The notes under the pieces were generated by a model. It was not told the origin of the DNA and made no database searches. It was given only the letters and a program-made list of their open reading frames with translations. From Camelus dromedarius (lineage: Eukaryota): a stretch of 64,000 bases of DNA. The translations under genes and the position numbers were made by a program. Positions within the stretch are counted from its first letter, which is position 1. Each line of letters starts with the position of its first letter. Below, piece by piece: positions 13,520 through 25,080 of the stretch. The stretch spans positions 114,764,001 through 114,828,000 of the forward strand of contig NC_087436.1 in NCBI RefSeq assembly GCF_036321535.1, written 5' to 3'.

Positions 13520-13890
13520 GGCTGGTATTCGAGGCCCTGCAATGAGTTCTGAACATGCTTTGTATCTACTGCTCTCAAGAACCTTTCAAGATAGGTATTA
13601 CTATTTTTTTAATTTTATAAAATTTTTAAAGATTACTTTCCATTTATAGTTACTACAAAATATTGGCTATATTCCCTGTGTTGTACAGTACATCCTTGAG
13701 CCTGTCTTACACCCAAAAATCTGTACCTCCCAGCCCCTCCCACCCCCAAGATGCCCCTCCCCACCCACTGGTAAACCACTAGTTTGTTCTCTATACAAGA
13801 GAGGTATTATTATTATCATTTTGCAGGGGTGGAAAGTTAAGAAACTTGTCCAAGATCCCACAGTTATCAGGTGATAGATCTGAGTTTTCT
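13520..13890 (-). mobile_element. MIR split by an L1 3' fragment
   Basis: MIR-like sequence on both sides of 13606-13795; right part attttgcagg...gttaagaaacttgtccaagatcccacag. Confidence 0.55.
13606..13795 (-). mobile_element. L1 3' UTR fragment (artiodactyl-type), heavily 5'-truncated
   Basis: Antisense acagggaatatagccaatatttt motif and T-rich tail. Degenerate TSD caagataggtattactatt (13587-13605) / caagagaggtattattatt (13796-13814). Confidence 0.8.
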
Positions 13891-14099
13891 TTTGCATATT
13901 TCTTTTTTGGCTTTCAAATATTTTATTCAGTGGGTACCTACTCACTTTTATGAGGCTTTTCTAGTTTTTAACTGTTCTTTGTAGAGCAGGCTTGCTGTTG
14001 GTATGAATTATATAATTTTTAACCTTTCAACGGTATTTTAAAATTCAATTAAAGTATTTTTTCAGTATACTAAATTCAAAGAAATAGGCCTTTAAAACC

Positions 14100-14420
14100 A
14101 GGGAGATAGATTCTCTGGGTTGAAAAAGGGGCCTTCCAAAGAGGTTATACATCATAGTAAATTCCAGATAAACTATGTATTCATCAACTTCTGAAACCTC
14201 AAAAAAAACTAGAAGGAAACATAGGTAATTCTCTAATCTCCAGATGTGTAATACTTTTCTGACCATAAAACAGTGAAAGGAATTGCAAACATAGAAGAAA
14301 ACTAATTTTACAATATAATTAAAATTTATACATGGAAAACAATACATAAATTTAAGTGCAAATAATAGAGTGGGAGAAGATTTGCAAAAATTATTACAAA
14401 GTTTTGATAACCTTAATAAA
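14100..14420 (+). mobile_element. Ancient L1 (L1ME-like) ORF2 remnant
   Basis: A-rich; gagtgggagaagatttgcaa resembles the ORF2 WEKIFA region. Confidence 0.5.
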
Positions 14421-14592
14421 TAAATCTTAATTGTTTTTACCACAAAAAGAAATGATAATTATGTGATATATAGAGGTGTTAGCGAATGCTATGGTGGTAA
14501 TCATGGTGCAGTATATAAATGTGTCAAATGTCAGCACATACACCTTAAACCTATGCAATGTCATATGTCAATTGTGTCTCAATAAAAAAAAA
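14420..14592 (+). mobile_element. L1 3' end (L1MA9-like)
   Basis: tacaccttaaacctatgcaatgtcatatgtcaattgtgtctcaataaaaaaaaa. Confidence 0.8.
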
Positions 14593-14739
14593 GAGTTACT
14601 GCTGCTCTCTAATATGCCCCCCTTTACACTAAAAGAGGATAAGTAAACAAGGAAATATTGTAAAAATACCCCCTCCCCACTAGATTCAAAGGATGATAAA
14701 CATACAGGTGGGAAGAAAAAAACTCGTGGAAGGGTCAGC

Positions 14740-14943
14740 ATTTTTGCTTTATTCAGGTCTTCAACTGATTGGATGAGGCCCACCCACATTAAGGAGGACA
14801 ATCTGCTTTACTCAGTCTACCAAGTCAAATGTTAATCTCATCCGGAAACATCCTCCTGGACACACACATTCAGAATAATGTTTAACTAAGTATCTGGGCA
14901 CCAGGTAGCCCAATTAAATTGATACATAAAATTAATCATCACA
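14740..14943 (-). mobile_element. MLT2 (ERV-L) LTR 5' part
   Basis: Reverse complement starts tgtgatgattaattttatgtatcaa; contains gtgggtgggcctcatccaatcagttgaagacctgaat. Confidence 0.85.
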
Positions 14944-15409
14944 GTTATGTAGAGTCACTTCAGCTGCATTTTATTGGTTAATGCTCATTACCAGCAAGAT
15001 TCAAAGGGAATGGAAAGAGACTCCACTTCTTTCAGAGTCTGTGTGCTTTATCACAGTGAGGCAATGATGTCTCTGTGAAATGTGCATGACTTGATCCTGT
15101 CTCTTATCTATTGATAATCAGGAAGGTGGGACCCAGGAATCTGAATTTTTACAAATTAATTGCAGTTTAAGAACCCATGTCCTGGGCAATGGGGAACAAT
15201 CTGCCTAATGGGGTTTTTCTTCAACTCAGATTTTTCTTTCTTTAGGATTTAGACCTTTGTATCCAGTTGTATTGTTTCTGTCTTTATTTTTTGCTTTTCT
15301 AATCCTGTCTCAGTATTGTCCTCTTGAACTGAGTCTACCTCATAACACAAAAGAATGGCACTTTCTCTTATTTTTTATTTTTAACCGTGCTAAGTTATTT
15401 TAAGATATG

Positions 15410-15808
15410 CCTTTTAATTTTAAAATAATTTTATATTTATAATAAAGTTGTAAAGGTAGTACAGAAAGTTCCCATGTTTCTCACCCATTTTTCCCTCCCT
15501 CTCTAACAGGTAAGCATGGTACATTTGTCAAAACTGAGGTGAAATGCCCTTCTAATCATGTCATGTCAGGGAGGTCATGGGATCCATGTGACATACCATT
15601 GAGGATATTAACCTTCACACTTGGTTAAGACGTTGTCCACCAGGTCTCATTGTAAAGTCATTATTTATCCCTTTCCATACTCTATTCTTCAGAAGTGAGT
15701 CACTGAGTCCAGCAACCCCAGGGGGATTGTGGGGGGCAGTTAAACTCCACCTCCTGGAGAGGGGATTGTTGACACATAATATTGGGAATTCTTCTGTAAG
15801 GAAGATTC
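15410..15808 (-). mobile_element. L1MC-type 3' UTR fragment
   Basis: atggtacatttgtcaaaact; ccctttccatactctattcttcagaagtgagtcact; aattcttctgtaaggaagatt. Confidence 0.75.
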
Positions 15809-17419
15809 CAAATACTATATTTAGTCCCTTAAAGCCAGGAATTTTCAAATAGGGACGTTAGATAGAATGGATTATCATAGCAGCATTGCTCAGGACAAAA
15901 TGAGGTCCATTTCTTCCAGCTTGTACAACAATTTATACATCTTCTTTTCTTCTACTAGGTCTACAGTAAAGGTACTATCTTTAGGATCTATTAAAATATC
16001 ACATACTGCCTTAATAAAGATTATTTCCTGAATTCTGAGGGTCACTAAGTCAGCTGCCTAAACCAGACTTTTAAAAACCAAGTGAAAAAGACCATGCCAT
16101 GAAAAATACAATTGCCAGCGTTTCCAAGGAAACTGGAGTACAAAGGGGGCTGTTTGCCTAGAGAGGTCTGTTTATTTTATTTTATTTTTTTAAACTATCA
16201 AGAATAACCCTTTGAGATGTGACATTCTGTTTTCACAAGCGCACTCAAGGTGTCAGACAGAGCCCAATTTTATATTCCTTGAAAATAGAGTGCGCTGCAG
16301 TGTTTGCCGGACTTTTCAACATGTCACTTTCAACCAATTTTATGTACAAATGGGTTACAGTCCCATGAAAATATTCAGAAAAAGAGGAAACTGTTTCAAA
16401 AAGGAGTATTAAGTATTATTACATTGAAAACCATTCAGTGGAAAAACCTTCCCAACCAGCCTCCAGTCTCTCAGAGGAGCAAGGAACCAGCGTATTTGTG
16501 TAAAATGGGAGAATCCATCTTGACCAACTAGAGGTCTGAGGGGAGCTCAGTTAAGTCGGCCATTCATCCCTCTTCTAAAATCAAGCTTGCTTTGGTGATG
16601 CGATCTTGGAGTCGCTTTCAAAGGTGCCCACGACCCTCTGCCCTCTGCCCTGCTTACTTCAGTTCCCCCCAATGTGGCTCCAGAATGTACTTGTTCACCC
16701 CAAGACCGGGTCTTCGGACCTGTGAAGAACTTATTACGTGAGGTTTATTGAGAAATGTCGGATTACAGGGTATTCCAGAAGTCGTTTCCATCTTTAAAAT
16801 GATATATTCATTTAGAGTGCTGAGGGCTCGCTTCTTAGATCTGTCATTTTAAAATATGCCCCTCTCGCCCCAATGCAGCTTTGATGGATCCACGCCTGAG
16901 AGCAGCTTTTCGAGGTTGTGTCAAGACAAGAAGTGGGGATAATTTAGGGTGACAAGACCAATTTTAAAAACAGACACCCAGTGTTCCTTATTTTGGGGAC
17001 TGGGCTCAGACTGAGCTACTTCGTGGCATCTAGAGCTTTGCAGAGAGCTTCTCAAGTTTTCCTCTTTGCTCCCAGGAAAGTGAGGCTTCCCACCAACAGC
17101 ACGGGTTGAATCTATGCCCAGAGCAGATTTCAGAGACTTGAAATCTAGGGATGTCATGTGAATTTGGTGGAATCTTTATTGACTCCCCTGAACTTCCTCC
17201 TTGACAGGCTCTTTTATCGTTGAAAATAGTTTGTACCCATGTGCTCTGTACATAAGTGTTTTCTACTTCAAAATAAAATGCCCCTGCCATCTTATCTTGC
17301 CGTCTTACTCAGTGAGACTCTGAGTGGCCAACTCCTGGAGAAATGATGATCCAGGTAGAGGATACATTCTTCTCTTCCTCTGTCTGTTTCCCATTCTGCC
17401 TTCCAGGACATGGCCCCTA

Positions 17420-17887
17420 TCGTAGCCCCTTGATTGGTGGCCCCCTCAGAAAACTAAGTTCAAGCCCTAACTCCCAGGACCTGTGAATATGATCTGACTT
17501 GGAAAAAGGGTCTTTGCAGATGTAGTTAATTTAAGGATCTTAATATGAACTCAGCCTGGATTAACCAAGTGGACTTTAAATGCAGTGACACACATCTTAT
17601 AAGAGACAGAAAAGAAGGAGACACAGACACAGAGGAGAATGCCAAGTGGAAGACCCAAGGGAAGATGGAGGCAGAGATTGGAATTATGCTTCTGTAAGCC
17701 AGGGAACACCTGGAGAAGATGGACGAGAGAAGGAAGGATTCTCCCTCAAAACCTCCAGGAGGAACAAATTCTTCCAGCATCTTGATTTCAGACTTCTGAC
17801 CTCCAGGACTGTGAGAAAACACATCTCTGTTGTTTTCAGCTGCCAACTTGTGGTGATTTGTTATGAGTGCTGGAGAAACTTAATACA
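17420..17887 (+). mobile_element. MLT1C-like MaLR solo LTR
   Basis: gggtctttgcagatgt; gaagatggaggcagagattgga; cttgatttcagacttctgacctccaggactgtgaga; ends taataca. Confidence 0.85.
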
Positions 17888-18128
17888 CGTGTGTTCCCCC
17901 AGCATTCTTATCACATTGCTCCTTGGGAGACCTATTTCATTCATTCAGTTCGTGCTTATCAGAGTCTAGGTCCTGGAAATATCAAGACCAATAAGATAAG
18001 CCAGTGCCTTTGAGGAGTTCATGACCTGGGAGTGGAGGGAGACGGCTCTGTGCTACCGCCACTCAGCTGCGCCAGGTGCTCGAAGACGCCCAGGTTAACC
18101 TGTCCTCACACCTCTGTGTTGGCCTGTG

Positions 18129-18308
18129 GCAGGGCTTCTCAGCCCCGGGGTGTTGACACTTGGGACAGATGAATCTTTGTTGTTGGGGCTGCTCTGCCTC
18201 TACCCACTGGATGCTAGTAGCAAGTCCACCCCCTCCGTTGTGACAATCAAAAATCTATCTAGGCATTGTCGAATATATGTCCCTTGGGGGAGCAAAACTG
18301 TCCCTGGT
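18129..18308 (+). mobile_element. MER20 (hAT-Charlie MITE), partial
   Basis: gcctctacccactggatgctagtagc...gttgtgacaatcaaaaatctatctaggcattgtc...gcaaaactgtccctggtt. Confidence 0.8.
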
Positions 18309-21300
18309 TTTTCTCTGTCTGAAACATGGTTGCCCTTGACCATCTATCTGGCAAGCTCTTGAATCTCTCTTGATTCTCAAGTCTGGGTGCTCCTCCTCCA
18401 CTCCCTCCACTCTGCACAAACCTTGGTTAGAGCAGTTGTCTTTACTTTCTGCGTTTTTCTGTCTGCACCTCTAGCTTCCTCCAAGACTCCAGGTGTTGCA
18501 AGAAGATGTGGGTGTCTTTGCACATCTCTGTTTTCCCCTCCGCCCAATGTTTGTTGTGACAAGAAGGAAAGACCCCTTAGAGTCACACAGGGAGGCCTCC
18601 AAAGGAGACAGATGTGCAAGGCCTAGAAAACAAACACTTTATTACTAGAAAGGGCTTTCTCCCCACACCTCAGTGTAGCCTCCTGGGTTGCTGGACTGGG
18701 CCTATGTGGATCACAAAGGCTTCTTTTGTGCCCCTGGCCTGAGGCCAGCAATTTGAGCAGCCTGGCCATCTTCTGAGAACCCTTTTCCCTGGACCCCACC
18801 AGCTTGTTCTGTGGTTCAGCAGTCCCTTGAGGTATTCCTGGGAGAAGGGTTCTCCTGGTCATTGATACTTAGGAAAACCTGCCTCCTGCCTCTCAGAAAT
18901 CCACAGTGCACACAAATGCAGAGTAAAGGCTGAGATGAGAGCTTGATTTCACATGATACGTATCACTGTTTTCTGAACTTACAGGACCATGGGGCCCAAA
19001 ACACTTCAGAAATCTGTAGCATCATAAAATACATTTTAGGAAATAACTTAAGTTCATCCCTTAATATTTGTCTTACGTCAACTGTTGCACACTGATTTAT
19101 GTTGTTTTTATTTGTTTTGGGGTTTTTTTTTTAGATTTAAATTGACACCTATAAATGAGGAGATTTCTCCTAAAAATAGGTTTGAGGGCTTCTTTAATTT
19201 TTCTTGTCCTATTTGGTATGAATTATCTGGGACTGAATGGTGTCTCCTACACTTAAAAGGGAAAGGAAAAGTGTTCTCCAGGAAACCCTATCCCCACCGT
19301 TCCCTTTCATCTCCCTGATGGAAGCTAAGAGTCAGATGCCTTTTATTATATGCTTATATTCTCATTTTTGCTGAAAGTAGAGAAGTATTGCTCTCTTAGA
19401 AATGAGGACAAAGAGACATTAGGCTTACAGTTTGTGTTTTAAGAAAAAAAAAATGGAAGTGGGCATCTTGGGCAGCATCACCTCTCACGTTAGAGTCTGC
19501 CTTCCTTCGTGGAGAGAGGAGGCCGGGGAAAGAAAACCCCAGGCCAAGCTCACAGCGGGAAGTAAAAACCCCTTCCTTCCAAGGCCGAAAATTAGGTCTC
19601 GACGTTCAGAATTTCCACCGGAACTGGGTCCTCTTCCACTTCCTTCAGGAGAGAGACTCTGAAGAGAATCTCCGCTCAGTAGGGCGACCCCCAGGAAGTG
19701 AGGAATCTTTGGGGTGGATGAAGTGAGACAGCTGGACATGGAGAGGAGATCTCTCCTGCTGGATGGCATGGTGCTGGACATGAGGAGAGGGACTGGGAAG
19801 TGTAGGTTGTGTCTGTTATGTTTGTGGCAAAACCCATTAAGAAGTTGGTACCACAGGTCGGTGGGGAGTGGGGATTCGGCCACAGACAGAAAGAAGAGAA
19901 GCGAGGGACACTGAGAGATTCTTGTGGACTCAGGCTCACCGGATTGGAAGGATGTTAGTGGAATCTGATTCACACCTTCTGATACCTAAAACTAGGGCAG
20001 ATTTATTCACATTAAAGTGTAGTGACAGGTGACCCCAATTGGATGTACTTTTATGTAACAGGCAAGGAGAGGAGCTCCAAGGCTTGCGCCAAAGAAAGGG
20101 TCTGTAAGGAGGGGGTGGTGGACACCAGGGGTGGCTGGAGGTGGCCTGGGTGGGAGGGCTGCCCTAAATGCAGACTCACTCTTTGTACCCCTCCAAGCTC
20201 ACCTGGCTGATGGACTATGGAGCATGGATACAGGGCGCTCAGGCCCGCCAGGCGTTTGGACTTCGGTGTCAAAGACAAAGACCATGAATTCTTCGTAATT
20301 CAGCACATCTTTTTAAAATCATTCACTTTCCACTGAAAGAGTTAAAGTGGCACCTCACTGTGACCAGTGCAATTAAAACATCATTTAGACACTTGAAGAA
20401 TAATCTGGCTCCAGATTTTAAAGGGCCTCCAATAAGATCCCGTGGGCCCTTTAGGGAGCGAGATAGAGTTGTTATTGGTGTGAAAGGAGGGTGAGGGGGC
20501 AGGGGGTCACAGTCTAACCCAGCGAAGATAAATCTTCCTGTGCTGAGCAGAGGCCCGGCTATCCCCTTGCGATGTGGACTTTATACACAGGATCTGACTC
20601 GAGATTCATTAAACCATTCCCATTTAAGCCACCAGCACCCACGAAGGCAGATCTGGGCAATCTCATATTCCAAGAAGTAAATGTAACGTCGTAGGCCAAT
20701 GAAATTGACTAGTCTGACAGGAACACACAAACAACCGGGATGTGGGGTGGCACCCCGTGTCCCCCTGCCGTGTTTACTTAGGACTGGAGGTCCATTAAGT
20801 GCTCTGTGATGGCCTTTTGATAACATGCCCACCTTTGTGGGGCGGCTGGGGCTGGATGTCTGCCCTTAAATGTGACAGCTGACATTTTTGGATACATTTA
20901 AAGATGGGCTTGTCCACCACAGCGACCAGGACAGAAACCACACATTTTTAAAGTGATAGCCTCTCTTGCTCATGCTTAGGAAGGAACAAGTGGTTCTTTT
21001 CAGGGCTTTCCGTTTGTGTAGAAGGTCTCTTTCCTCTGTGAGAAGATTGTAAAACTTGGCACTAGAGATTGGGGATCTATCCCTGGAGGGAGCAACATTT
21101 CAGCAAATATTTGTTGGATGCATTAGGAAAATACGGGTGAGATACATGCCCTTTATCAGCGGTGCACATTTTGAGGGATGGGGAGGGGAGGCAGACACCC
21201 CCAAATGCTTTACCAGCTTGAACTTTGATTCTTAGAAGCCAGCTCTCTGGAAGTTTGGAGAGTGAATTGTGGCTTTCAGAGCCACAGCGTCCCTACTAAG

Positions 21301-21429
21301 TCATATTTCTGTTAGTTCCCTGCAAGCACCCATACGCTCTACCTTGCAACCTACCTTCACTTCTGTGTCTGTTCTTGGCTCCCCATCTCCCACCCTGCTG
21401 ATGACGACCTATTGTTGATCTTTTTCTTT

Positions 21430-22195
21430 TCATTGATTGATTGATTCTTTCATTCCTTCACCTAATGTTAAGTGAGCGCCTGGCACTGCCCTGGTGCAGG
21501 GGATGTTGTAGTCAATAACTCAGAAAATTCCCTGTTTTTGTGGAGCTAACATTGTAGGGTAGGGCAAAGGGAGAGACAAATGATAAATAAGTAAATTAAT
21601 TAATAACCATGATAACTTAGACAATTTTTTTTGTTTTTATTTTTTTTCGGGGCGGGGGGAGGTAATTAGGTTTATTTATCTATTTAAATGGAGGTACTAG
21701 GACCTCCTGCATGCTAGGCATGTACTCTACCACTAAGCTATACACTCTGCCCATCCCTGATAACTTTTGAGCATAATAAATGCTATGAAGAAGGTAAAAC
21801 AGGGTGATGGGGGAGGAGAGTGGTGGTGGAGAGGAAGCCGGATTTAAGGTGGGTGGGCAGGGAAGACCTCCCCGAGGAGGAAGCCCTGAGCTGAGATGGG
21901 GCCCGGAAGCAGTAGCCATGTGTTTTAGAAGCAGCTGTTCCATTTGGAGAGGTGGCCCGAGGGCAGGGTAAGGTTGGATTGGTTGAGAAACACCAAGCAG
22001 CTGGGAGACCAGAAGGGTATGAGCCAAGGAGGGATGTAGGAAATCTGGTAAGAGAACTAGGTTGGGCTCAGGGTGTGTAGGGTTCTGAAGGTCAGGGGTA
22101 ACGGATTAGGCTGCAGTCAGCATAGGTGGGGATGCTAAAAGAGTGTGTAAGCAACAGTGTCATGTGATCAGATGTGCATCAAATCAGTGTGGTGT
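21430..22195 (-). mobile_element. L2 fragment interrupted by a SINE
   Basis: cattgattgattgattctttcattc tail; tggagctaacattgtag; gggcagggaagacctccccgaggagg. Confidence 0.7.
21625..21752 (-). mobile_element. Vic-1-like SINE with extended tail and deleted B-box
   Basis: tactctaccactaagctatac head; ggggattgaaccc (about 13 nt) missing relative to the other copies; tail ggaggtaattaggtttattt. Confidence 0.85.
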
Positions 22196-22419
22196 TTCTT
22201 ACTGTTTTAGGGCCAGTTGTATGTAGCCGTGCTGTGAGACGTTTGTAGCAGTGTGAACCCCTCCTGGGGTCCTAGACTCACAGCGTGTCTGTAGAGTAAT
22301 GAAGGGACACATTCTTCCTGTCCCACTGTCTCTGTGCTCTGCAGGGAGGACCCATGCCCTGCTCGGCCCTGGCACCCCAGTGCTTTGTACACAGTGCCTG
22401 GTCCGTGAATGTCTACTGC

Positions 22420-23800
22420 ACTGACCTTAATTATAAGCTCCTGGAGGTTAATAACATTTGCCCAATTTATTTTGCAGAATTCCAGAGGGCCCTTAAGAAC
22501 AGTTCTTTGATGATGAATTGGGCTCTTGAAATAATGGGATTAATGGAGATGGCTCCCACCCAGTTGGGAGCTAATTAAGGTGAACTCCACCAAAAGAATT
22601 TATTCAAATGACTTCCCTTGGTCAATTAGTTTCCCGCAGATGATTTTAGCATATTTCTAAAATGTTCCAGTGTTCAGGCAAAAAAATCAAGATTAAAAGC
22701 CCAGGCTCCGTATTGGAGGACCCAGAAAAAAAAAGTCAAATTTTAACGCTGTTCCCCTAACTTCAAAATTAAACATATTACATTCTTGGGAGTACGATTT
22801 CAGCCTCTTTACATTTATGATACAAATGGAGCCATTCGCTCTCACTTCAGTCTATAAAGGCAAGGCTCGTTAGAAGGAGGAAATTTCCTTTATCATTAAC
22901 AGGCCACACTCACATGATAAAAAACGTCTCCACTCTTCCCGCCTCCTTCCCCAAAACTTCGATTCTCATTTTAAGCGGTTCCCACATAGGCTATTTATCT
23001 TCCACATTTCCCCAACTCTCAATGGCACCATTATAGCCTTTATTTGGAATCATAAAACTTGGAGAATAAAAAAGAAGCAAATTAATCCTCCCAGGGGAGA
23101 AAAGGAAGACGGATCCTGCCAGCTTTTAAATTGTAGGATTGGACTGGCCTCGAAACACAGTTTTCTTTTTCAACAGCTTAGCCGGTGGGGGGAAATGAAT
23201 GGTTATGACAGAGAATCCCAAAATAAAATGCAGAATTATGCAAACACGTTCAAAACTGACATCTTGAAGTAAAAGCTGTTGAAAGCCGGAGGAATAAACA
23301 ACATGGGCTGGAAGGGGAACATTTTGAAGCTACGAATGGGTTACTCTGCTTTTATTATTCACAATGGAAAAATAATCTCCATCATGATGTGAAAACCACA
23401 ATTTCCTTTATTTGTGGATCCTGCCAGATTAAAAAGCATTCAGGGAAGAAATGCGGCTGGGAGAATTGAACGCTGTCCGAAGTGGCAAGTGCTCTGTGTC
23501 CAGAATCCTGTCGCAGACGCCGGCTGGCTCTGTCCAACTGCATAACTCACTTAACCTCCTGATAACTCGTTCCCATCATCAGGCTGGAATTAGGGAGTCA
23601 GCCTTTCGTCTGGGGCCTGAGATCTGGATTTCCCAGCTGCCAGTTGGAGAACATGCTTTGCCATTTCAATTTGCTCTAAGGAGTCTCAAGGTTGTTGTGA
23701 AAACAAATGATAAAAGTCAGTTAACAAGCCGGCTGCCACCAGAGCAGCCAATGAGAACACCTCGGGCCGCAGAACGCCTCTAAGTGCATCCCTAGTTCTG
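22420..23800. promoter_or_regulatory. Repeat-free block, candidate enhancer
   Basis: GGATTA, CTAATTAA and CAATTAG homeodomain sites; TAATCC (23083-23088) abutting a perfect EBF motif TCCCAGGGGA (23089-23098); CCAAT near 23748. Confidence 0.35.
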
Positions 23801-23964
23801 GGAACAGGTTCCATGGTGACCAAAGCCTTTGTTATTTTATTTCCTTTCATTTTTTGACTTTTAAAATTGCGAGGTAGAGTCCCTGAAGAATTGATGAATA
23901 TTGTGTTCTCATAAAGTAAAATGAAAATCACTGAGCTGAGAAAGAGTATACAAGCAGGGTAGAA

Positions 23965-24105
23965 CAGTTTAAAAGGATCTTGGAGACGATCTGGTCTAGC
24001 ACCTCATTTTGCAGAGGGGGAATCTGTCCACGCAGAAAGTTTAAGTGACTTAGCAAGCTCAGGGGGCCATGGGTCTGGTAGTGGCTGCGGGCTTTGAAAC
24101 CTAAT
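23965..24105 (-). mobile_element. MIR fragment
   Basis: cctcattttgcagagggggaatctg...aagtgacttagcaagctca. Confidence 0.6.
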
Positions 24106-24539
24106 TTTGATGGTGGTTTACTTAATCCTGTAATTTGAAGGTGAATCCTTGAAGAAGGCTGACAATACCAGAAGTTTTGCCTAACAGTCAATTTGATGGC
24201 GGACGGAAGAGATGCTGAGGAAATGTTGGATAATGTCTTTTACTATAAACGAGGTCTCCTGAATCTAAAGGGGGCACCCTTTAGAAAAGTGGTGAAGGCA
24301 TAGCTGTTAATTGCAGTGTTTAAATTGCAGTATTTTAAAAGATGAGTTTAAAATTTTTCTCCCTTTCTTTCTCCCTTTCTCTCCTTCCTTCCTTTCTTCT
24401 CTGGCTTTCTCTGTCTCACCTTAAATTTTTTTCCTTTTTTTTTTTTTTTAACTTGAAGAGAAGTTCTGAAGGAAAACTAGGGTAAATCTCAGCCTTGGTG
24501 ACCTAGTGTTGGGGGAAAACCCGGGAAAGTGGAGGGTGG

Positions 24540-25080
24540 TTGATTCACATCGTAGAGAGGAAAAAGCTCCCTGTGATTTACTCTGACTTGCTAATTTTCA
24601 GAAGGAAATTAATAAAATTGATTCCAGCAAAAACTCTAAGTGGACAAATAGAAGAAAAACAGATCGGGAATTGTGACTATTGAGGGCAGAGAGAAATCTT
24701 ACCCTCAGGGAGAAATAAATATTTAGGAGAAATCACTAACTCTCAGGGTCGTTAAAGCAAAGATCACTCATAGGATGGGAGCAAACCCTCCCACCAACTA
24801 TTAATTCCAGTTCCGAGACTCGGTGGCAGTAACATGATTAGTTATTGTGGGTTCTGGAAGAAAGCGGGACCTTTGGCCATAAAGCCCTGGAAATATGTAT
24901 TTTTAAGTACTATAAAAGATGTGGAAAGCAACTTTTCTTTTCATCCTGGGGGCTAGAAATAATACACCTGCAAGGACAGATGAATGGCATAATGTTGGCA
25001 TTCAATGGGGCATTAAACATTTTGCACCACGTTTATGGGGTTTTCCTGTCATTAATTCTAGGTAAAATAAACTTTTAAAA
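24540..25080. promoter_or_regulatory. Repeat-free block with posterior-HOX/CDX and MEIS-like motifs, candidate enhancer
   Basis: GGCCATAAA (about 24875), GTTTATGG (about 25031), CTGTCATTAAT (about 25046). Confidence 0.3.

Noticed and set aside
14740..14943. Possible displaced 5' LTR of the ERV-L
   Set aside because: MLT2 LTRs are abundant. This copy is about 38 kb away, inverted, partial, and has no adjoining internal sequence.
19432..19973. Cluster of 66-162 aa ORFs
   Set aside because: They overlap on both strands with no recognisable homology or convincing splice-bounded exon.
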